Positions 58,220 through 64,000 of a DNA stretch of 64,000 nucleotides are shown here, in pieces (the stretch's first letter is position 1; every line of letters starts with the position of its first letter). The notes under the pieces were generated by a model. The model did no database searches. It saw only the letters and a program-made list of their open reading frames with translations, and was not told the origin of the DNA. Location of the stretch: the sequence record OP745617; one strand, given 5' to 3'. The stretch is from Escherichia phage F13. Position numbers and translations under genes: made by a program.

Positions 58220-58666
58220 TTAACGGTAGTTAACTAGTTGCTGATCACCAGAGAAGGTGCAATGATAAACGAATTGTGCGTTATAAAGCAACTGAAAACT
58301 TTTCTTTGGTTCATTATTAGAACTCATTGATGTAAAGATTTCTGCACCAGAACGGTTTTCACCAATCAGGTTGATAAAGCCGCCAGTTGAACGAGGCTGA
58401 ACGAAAGTGAAACGTTGCATCCACGGAGTGCGGTTGGCACCTTTCCCTGTGAATCCTTGAATCTGAATATTCAGGCCTTCTTGCTCGTTCACACCGATGT
58501 AAGTGGTAATTGTTGCGCCAGTCGTTGCTGCAGTCTTGCCGTCCATCGCTTCGCAATCGTAAACAGCGATTGAATCGGAAGTACGGACAGCGGCTTCAGT
58601 CGCTTCCATATACATGGTTCCGAGAATAGCAGTTGCGGCAAGCGCGATTCCAGTGATTCGTTTCAT
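58220..58666 (-). CDS. small secreted protein (148 aa)
   Basis: Signal peptide MKRITGIALAATAILGTMYMEATEAA; two Cys. Confidence 0.45.
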   Translation of the reverse strand: MKRITGIALAATAILGTMYMEATEAAVRTSDSIAVYDCEAMDGKTAATTGATITTYIGVNEQEGLNIQIQGFTGKGANRTPWMQRFTFVQPRSTGGFINLIGENRSGAEIFTSMSSNNEPKKSFQLLYNAQFVYHCTFSGDQQLVNYR

Positions 58667-58731
58667 TTTCGTTTCCTCTATGAGTTCTGCTTCAATGATT
58701 AAAGTATACGCCCATTGAAGCAGAAAGCAAA

Positions 58732-59727
58732 TTATTTATTAGCAATATAAGCAAATTTTTGATAGTTATTTGCTTTGATGAGTTTTTCAACTTCAACAAG
58801 GTCATGAGCAACGTCATCAAGCAAAATGTTTCGCCAAGTAGCAAAGCGACCGACACTAAATACGTTCAAATCCATGGTCAGCTGTAGGAGTAGAGCGTGT
58901 CGCAAGTCTTTCGGAATGTCGACAATCTTGCCATACTTCTGGTCGACCTTTTCAACTTCTTCGAGATCGATGTCACTCCATGATAGGCCAAAGGCTGTCA
59001 ATACTTCGTCAACTTCTGCACGCAACTTAATGTCACGGTAACGAGTAATGCCGCCAGCGGCTTCAACTGCGGCTTCACTTACGCTAACCAAAGGAATTGT
59101 TTCAATGATCAGTGTGTCACCAGTGATTGATGCGCGGTAAGTTCTGACGGAGTAGTCAGGAAAGTAAATGGTTTGATACAGTGCACACTTGCGCTTAATC
59201 TTAAAGCGGTAAACACGAATGTTTGCCTTATCGAATGAGAAATCAATCTTTTGATCAATCCCAGCAAGCTTCATCATGACTGGCAGCGGCGACGTGTTGA
59301 TGATTGGCGTCTCGCTATAGCCGCAAAGAGTATCAACAGGAGTATTAAAGAATATGCGGTCACCCAGTTTGTCGACAAGCTGATCATAAAAGTCATCAGG
59401 CGCAATATAACGCGTTGCAGTTTTAAGCTTCATGATTGAGCGGCTACCGAATTGATTAGTGACCTTCATGGAATACATATTGGCAAGGTTGATTGGGCAA
59501 TGGTCGTGGTAGTAGTTGCCGCGAAAATACACAGCCTTGTCAACTGTCACGGCCTTAAAAGGGATTCCGGTAATACGGCTTACTTCTTCGCCGCGAAATC
59601 GTAGCAAAGCCTTGTGCTGTGGCGCTCGTTCCCCTGCTTCGTACACAATGGAGTTCGGGAAGTGACACGCGGTAATAAGTCCTGCCAAACCGCCGCCGAT
59701 AATCATTACAGGTTGTTTCATGTTCAT
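58732..59727 (-). CDS. FAD/NAD(P)-binding oxidoreductase
   Basis: 331 aa; N-terminal Rossmann motif VMIIGGGLAGLITA. Confidence 0.55.
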   Translation of the reverse strand: MNMKQPVMIIGGGLAGLITACHFPNSIVYEAGERAPQHKALLRFRGEEVSRITGIPFKAVTVDKAVYFRGNYYHDHCPINLANMYSMKVTNQFGSRSIMKLKTATRYIAPDDFYDQLVDKLGDRIFFNTPVDTLCGYSETPIINTSPLPVMMKLAGIDQKIDFSFDKANIRVYRFKIKRKCALYQTIYFPDYSVRTYRASITGDTLIIETIPLVSVSEAAVEAAGGITRYRDIKLRAEVDEVLTAFGLSWSDIDLEEVEKVDQKYGKIVDIPKDLRHALLLQLTMDLNVFSVGRFATWRNILLDDVAHDLVEVEKLIKANNYQKFAYIANK

Positions 59728-59860
59728 TTGTCCTTTGTGGGTGATATGAGAAGTATAATAGCTAAATTATTTTACAGCAACAAGTCATTTCTATTTAGTA
59801 CAGACGAAAAAGACCCACAACAAGTGTGGGTCAATTACCGCTATATAACCGTCCTACAGG

Positions 59861-60706
59861 TTATTCCGCTTGATCACCGTCTTCGGCATTGTCGTTGGAT
59901 TCAACATCGACAAACTCGATGTGGCCCATCTCTTCCAGCTTGCTCAGGTAGGAGCGAACGGAAGCGCCAAACAGTTGATCTTTAACTTTTTCGCCCAGCT
60001 CATCGATAGACTGCGCCACGCCAACTTCGCCTTCTTTGATCGCCGCCAGAACGCGTCCACGGGTGGAATGCTCTTGCGGCTGGCTCAGGCCATTGCCGGT
60101 GTAGATGAAGTGAGTGGCTTTTGCACGACGCTGACCGTTTGCCTTTTTAGCAGCCTTGCGCTCTGCGATGGCTTTGCGACGTTCTTCAGCTTCTTTCTTA
60201 CGCTGTTCTTTCTGCTGTTCTGCAGCTTCTTTAGCCGCAATCTTAGCAGCTTCACGCTCTGCCTTGCGTTTCGCTTTAGCTTCTTCTTTGGCCTTCTCTT
60301 TTTCGGCCTTCGCTGCAGCACGGGCTTGATCACGCTCTGCTTTCTTGGCCGCAGCCTGCTCAGCTTTCAGGCGCTTGGCTTCTTCTTTAGCCTTTGCCTT
60401 TTCGATTTCTTTTGCTGCTTTAGCGGCTTCACGCTCTGCTTTCTTAGCAGCAGCCTTTTCTGCACGCTCTTTAGCTTTCTTAGCTGCTTCTTCAGCACGC
60501 TTCTGCGCCTTCTCATCAGCAGCCTGCTTGCGTTTCAGCGCAGCTTCTTCACGCTTGGCTTGTTTTTCCTGCTCACGCTTCTGGCGCTTCTCTTCGGCTT
60601 CTTTCTTTTTAGCCAGGCGTTTTTCTTCAGCCACGCGACGACGTTCTGCTGCGGCTGCTTGTTTTTCTTCTTTAGATAATACTTTGATTGCTTCGGCCAT
60701 ATTCAC
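59861..60706 (-). CDS. Lys/Ala/Glu-rich low-complexity protein with C-terminal globular domain
   Basis: 281 aa; about 190 aa of KEA-rich helix then about 80 aa of ordinary sequence; opposite-strand ORF is a shadow. Confidence 0.5.
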   Translation of the reverse strand: MNMAEAIKVLSKEEKQAAAAERRRVAEEKRLAKKKEAEEKRQKREQEKQAKREEAALKRKQAADEKAQKRAEEAAKKAKERAEKAAAKKAEREAAKAAKEIEKAKAKEEAKRLKAEQAAAKKAERDQARAAAKAEKEKAKEEAKAKRKAEREAAKIAAKEAAEQQKEQRKKEAEERRKAIAERKAAKKANGQRRAKATHFIYTGNGLSQPQEHSTRGRVLAAIKEGEVGVAQSIDELGEKVKDQLFGASVRSYLSKLEEMGHIEFVDVESNDNAEDGDQAE

Positions 60707-60859
60707 AGTCCTTAAATAAATTAGTTTATTTTATATTCCCCGTTTGGGATAACTTAATTATGCCTTCAGTTGCCGCCAGTAGCAACTAAAAACTATGGCG
60801 GCAATGCCACTTTAATTAAACTGATTTTCAGTTTTATTTTTCGTAAATTTACGTCAACA

Positions 60860-62044
60860 TTAACGCGCTTTCAAATCACGGTACACGGTCAGATTCTTCT
60901 TAGCACGGGTGATAGCGGTGTACATCATCTTGGAGTACGGAACGCCGCGCAAGATTTCTTCCAGCACGCACACATTATCCCACTCGCTGCCTTGCGATTT
61001 GTGCACCGTGATGACATAGCCATAGTCCATCCCGCCAACAGCGCGTTGCGCTTCTTTGCGCACTTCCTGATCAGTAGAGAAGGAAAGAGGATTGATCTTC
61101 ACCTTTATATCTTTACCATCAGTTAATGAACGCAAGTTGACATACATTATTTCATTCGACTCATCTTCATCCCTTTCAAAGTCCGGCACTGGCTCATAGC
61201 TAATAACAATCCCTTGCTCGCCATTACAGAATCCTGGACCGTGTTGGTTGAATGTGCAAATAACCTTCTCGCCGATTCCTGGCATTGGCGTTATACGTCC
61301 GCTCACTTGCCGTAATAATGAATTCCATTTATCTTTGGTGCTATTATAGGAGCAAATAATTTGATCATCTTCGCCCATGAATTTCTTCAATGCAGTAACG
61401 CGCGGCGATTCTGCCAATACTTTGACGTCATCGTATTCACGCGGGGGAAGGCGGTTGCCTTGGCGCACGAAGAAGGAGGCGCGGATTATATTGGACTCTT
61501 TCCCTTGCCGCATGATTTCGGTTAACAGCACGTCAACGGCATCTTCAGTAAAGTAGGCGGCGGCTTTTACCGGAGGGACTTGTCCAATGTCGCCTAATGC
61601 CAGGACAGGGATGCGGTGATCAAGAAGGCGCTCTGTGTCCCACTCGCCAACCATCGACGCTTCATCGAGTACAACAAGGTGCGGCCTTTCATCCAGCTTT
61701 GACTTTCTCGAAAAGATTGGCTCATTGTCGTCATTTACGCCGCGCACGTTATAGATGAACTGGTGAAGGGTCTTAGCGCCACGACAGCCTTTTTGCTTTA
61801 ATCGGCTTGCAGCCTTTCCGGTCGGCGCAATATAGATAGCTCCATACTCACCGACACAACGGCGCACAATCTCGCGAGCAATAGAGGTTTTACCAGTCCC
61901 TGCATAGCCAGCGATGAAAAACACGCGCTTCGTCGTTTTACCGTCCTGCAATCGCTTGTACCATGCAACGGCTTTCTCGATGGCGTCGATTTGTTGCGCG
62001 TTAAACTGAATCACTGGCTCATCATTAAATTCTGGAATGTTCAT
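60860..62044 (-). CDS. Dda/RecD-like SF1 DNA helicase
   Basis: 394 aa; Walker A GYAGTGKTS, Walker B LVVLDEASMV, C-terminal VITVHKSQGSEWD...YTAITRAK. Confidence 0.7.
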   Translation of the reverse strand: MNIPEFNDEPVIQFNAQQIDAIEKAVAWYKRLQDGKTTKRVFFIAGYAGTGKTSIAREIVRRCVGEYGAIYIAPTGKAASRLKQKGCRGAKTLHQFIYNVRGVNDDNEPIFSRKSKLDERPHLVVLDEASMVGEWDTERLLDHRIPVLALGDIGQVPPVKAAAYFTEDAVDVLLTEIMRQGKESNIIRASFFVRQGNRLPPREYDDVKVLAESPRVTALKKFMGEDDQIICSYNSTKDKWNSLLRQVSGRITPMPGIGEKVICTFNQHGPGFCNGEQGIVISYEPVPDFERDEDESNEIMYVNLRSLTDGKDIKVKINPLSFSTDQEVRKEAQRAVGGMDYGYVITVHKSQGSEWDNVCVLEEILRGVPYSKMMYTAITRAKKNLTVYRDLKAR

Positions 62045-62370
62045 TATAACTCCACTACGCTTTCAAGGTCCAGATATACTGGAATAAAATGGCAATCTTC
62101 TTTTCGTTCAAACATCTCACCATCAACATGGCTGAAGAAAACAGTTGTGTTTGGTATCTTCCATCCTTTCTCGTCGCGCACTAAGTACGCCATGGATTCA
62201 ACAGGGATGTACAGCGATACCGGATTTGCGGCAAAAATAAATTTGATTCTGTCTGGTTGGCCCAGAAATCGCATGATTGTTAGGCTTGAATTCAATCTTG
62301 TATTAAGGAAGGACTCAACGATTCCGACGTGTGTTGCACGTTCGCGTTGCTTCGTCTCTTTTTCGTTCAT
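62044..62370 (-). CDS. hypothetical protein (108 aa)
   Basis: ORF overlapping the helicase start. Confidence 0.4.
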   Translation of the reverse strand: MNEKETKQRERATHVGIVESFLNTRLNSSLTIMRFLGQPDRIKFIFAANPVSLYIPVESMAYLVRDEKGWKIPNTTVFFSHVDGEMFERKEDCHFIPVYLDLESVVEL

Positions 62371-62530
62371 TTCAGGCGACCTTTGTTAGTGCGGAAATAT
62401 TTTCTGATAGTATAATTGCAGATATAGTATAAAGCAAAGTAAATCGAAATTGTGAACTAAATGGTAAATATTGTTGACTTTGTATCACTCAATATTATAC
62501 TGCAGGTATTGATCACCAAAGGAAAGAAAG

Positions 62531-63613
62531 ATGGCTAGTTTAAGAGAAGAAGCAAAAATAATTGAAGAGTTTTTAACAGAACTCCAGAGAGGCATCCCAG
62601 AAGATGAGCGCGTCATGACGGTGTTTGCTCCTGAAGCAACGGTGCAGACTGACGAGCGCGGAAAGAAGATTAACAGCAGCTTCTGGCCTAAGCCTTGGAA
62701 GTTGGGCAAGCCGCTCATGCAGCACCAAAACGGCTATGCTTGCATCAGTTCAATGCGTAAGTCTCCCAACCCAAAGACGGGTGAGATGCGATACTGGCGT
62801 ACAGAGTCGGCCTTTGGTCACGGTATGGCGATGATGGTCGACGACATCGGTCACGGTAAAGGGTCCAAAGGCGATTTAGATTTGGAATTCTTTTTTGAGC
62901 GACTGAAGCCGACTGTCATCGTCGAGACTTCACCGAACAACCACCAGCTTTGGTACTTCTTTAAAGAACCGATTGACCATCTTATTCAGTTCAAAGCGTT
63001 CCTTGGGTCTTTCGTTAACATGGTACTCAAGAAGGGCGGCGACAACACGATTAAAGACGTAACGCGCGTGGGCCGTGTTCCTGGGTGCATCAATAACAAG
63101 CGTGTGACTCACGACGGCCCCTATAAATATGTCGATGAGAACGGCGACCCGTTCCGCTGCCGACTTGTCCATGCAGACTACTCCTTGCGCTACACCATCG
63201 AAGACATTTGTCACGCATTTGGCTTTCACGTCGTCATGCCGCAAAAGCGTGAGATTCAAATTGACGTCGATGAATACAAGTATGATGCCGTTTGGTATAA
63301 AATAGCCCAGCAGATTCTGGCGCGCAACAAGATGGGTGAAGGGTCTGATGGCGACGTCATCGAGAATATGTCAGGCAAGTGCCGCATAATCTGTCCTTGG
63401 GGTGAAGAGCACACCAACGGCGACCCGTATGGCGCGTACTTTCGCGGCCCTATCCCTGGTGCAGAACATGAATTTGTGTTCGGTTGCGCCCACGACTGTC
63501 ACCGGAAAGGGGAAGGCAAGAAAGGTTGGACTGCTTTTGTTGAAGCAATCGTCATGCCTTATATTGAGAATCAACTTGACATGATAAATCGTCGTGCAGG
63601 TGGCATAAAATAG
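62531..63613 (+). CDS. primase-like protein (AEP / prim-pol-like core with C-terminal Cys/His cluster)
   Basis: 360 aa; acidic MMVDDIG, ETSPNNHQLWYFF, RVGRVPGCINNK, and CPWGEEH...CAHDCH. Confidence 0.45.
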   Translation: MASLREEAKIIEEFLTELQRGIPEDERVMTVFAPEATVQTDERGKKINSSFWPKPWKLGKPLMQHQNGYACISSMRKSPNPKTGEMRYWRTESAFGHGMAMMVDDIGHGKGSKGDLDLEFFFERLKPTVIVETSPNNHQLWYFFKEPIDHLIQFKAFLGSFVNMVLKKGGDNTIKDVTRVGRVPGCINNKRVTHDGPYKYVDENGDPFRCRLVHADYSLRYTIEDICHAFGFHVVMPQKREIQIDVDEYKYDAVWYKIAQQILARNKMGEGSDGDVIENMSGKCRIICPWGEEHTNGDPYGAYFRGPIPGAEHEFVFGCAHDCHRKGEGKKGWTAFVEAIVMPYIENQLDMINRRAGGIK

Positions 63614-63671
63614 TTTGCTTTTATTTTCATAGCAACTATAATCATTTTATGAACTGAAGCAGAGGTGATTT

Positions 63672-63818
63672 ATGCAAAGCGAAGAATTGAACATCGAGGT
63701 TGAAGGACTGTTAAAGTCGTTAGAACCTAAACCAGTAGAGCTTCCGACCCTTCAAGGCGTCATGGCTCACCATCAATCGGCTGCGGCCCAACACTACTCT
63801 GAATTTGTTAAGGAATAA
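63672..63818 (+). CDS. possible small protein (48 aa)
   Basis: Short ORF after GAGGTGA RBS; below the ORF-track cutoff. Confidence 0.25.
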   Translation: MQSEELNIEVEGLLKSLEPKPVELPTLQGVMAHHQSAAAQHYSEFVKE

Positions 63819-63820
63819 AA

Positions 63821-64000
63821 ATGAACGAACCAAAAATGATGACCGTTGAAGAAGCACAAAAGCTTCGTGTTGAAAACGAGCTTAAGCTTGTCAACCAGAT
63901 TCTTCCTTTGTTTGCAGGCTACGCAGTGGAGGAAGTTGTTGGGGCAATCCTTAACGTATCCACGCATGTCGCTATGAATCTTCAGGCCGAGCGATTCAAC
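63821..64000 (+). CDS. hypothetical protein, 5' partial (continues beyond window)
   Basis: ATG after AAGGAA; open to the window end. Confidence 0.3.
   Translation, partial: MNEPKMMTVEEAQKLRVENELKLVNQILPLFAGYAVEEVVGAILNVSTHVAMNLQAERFN

Noticed and set aside
59870-60679. 269-aa plus-strand ORF opposite the KEA-rich gene
   Set aside because: Low-complexity Phe/Leu/Ser-rich mirror of the charged repeats; the minus-strand reading gives the coherent protein.
1-64000. tRNA genes, integrase/attachment site, transposase
   Set aside because: No cloverleaf-like sequence, tyrosine or serine recombinase motifs, or host-like flank recognised by eye; the window appears entirely phage-internal. Absence cannot be proven without tRNA and profile searches.

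Overview
This window looks like a contiguous piece of a tailed-phage genome (myovirus-like, Caudoviricetes), with no integrase or host flank visible. Layout: (1) 21-6061, a plus-strand block of about 20 small, tightly packed genes with ATGA-type start/stop overlaps, typical of early genes, with two near-identical sigma70-like promoters; (2) 6060-10960, a largely regulatory or accessory zone with iteron-like 9-bp repeats flanking an AT-rich core, a roughly 10-copy array of the 12-bp motif AATTTGCACTAT, a CpG-rich island of small paralogous genes with their own promoters, and a 303-bp tandem duplication; (3) 10970-16053, a minus-strand cassette with a tail fiber or tailspike carrying a C-terminal S74-type chaperone domain plus small membrane proteins; (4) 16233-44136, the plus-strand morphogenesis module: large terminase, portal with a C-terminal inorganic-pyrophosphatase-like domain, head morphogenesis protein, scaffold, major capsid, sheath and tube candidates, tape measure with a lytic transglycosylase domain, baseplate and fibers; (5) 44145-44789, a GH19 endolysin; (6) 44815-62370, a minus-strand replication and nucleotide-metabolism module (ligase, MazG-like, SSB-like, SNF2 helicase, VRR-NUC, DnaE-type polymerase, DnaQ-like exonuclease, Dda-like helicase) with an embedded enzyme island (VOC-like, SDR, HAD phosphatase fusion, divergent ThyX-like, FAD oxidoreductase); (7) 62531-64000, a plus-strand primase-like gene and small ORFs. 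The strongest candidate for an undescribed system is the enzyme island at 55137-59727, possibly a nucleotide or DNA modification pathway. All calls rest on reading the ORF translations and sequence by eye; no database search was run.
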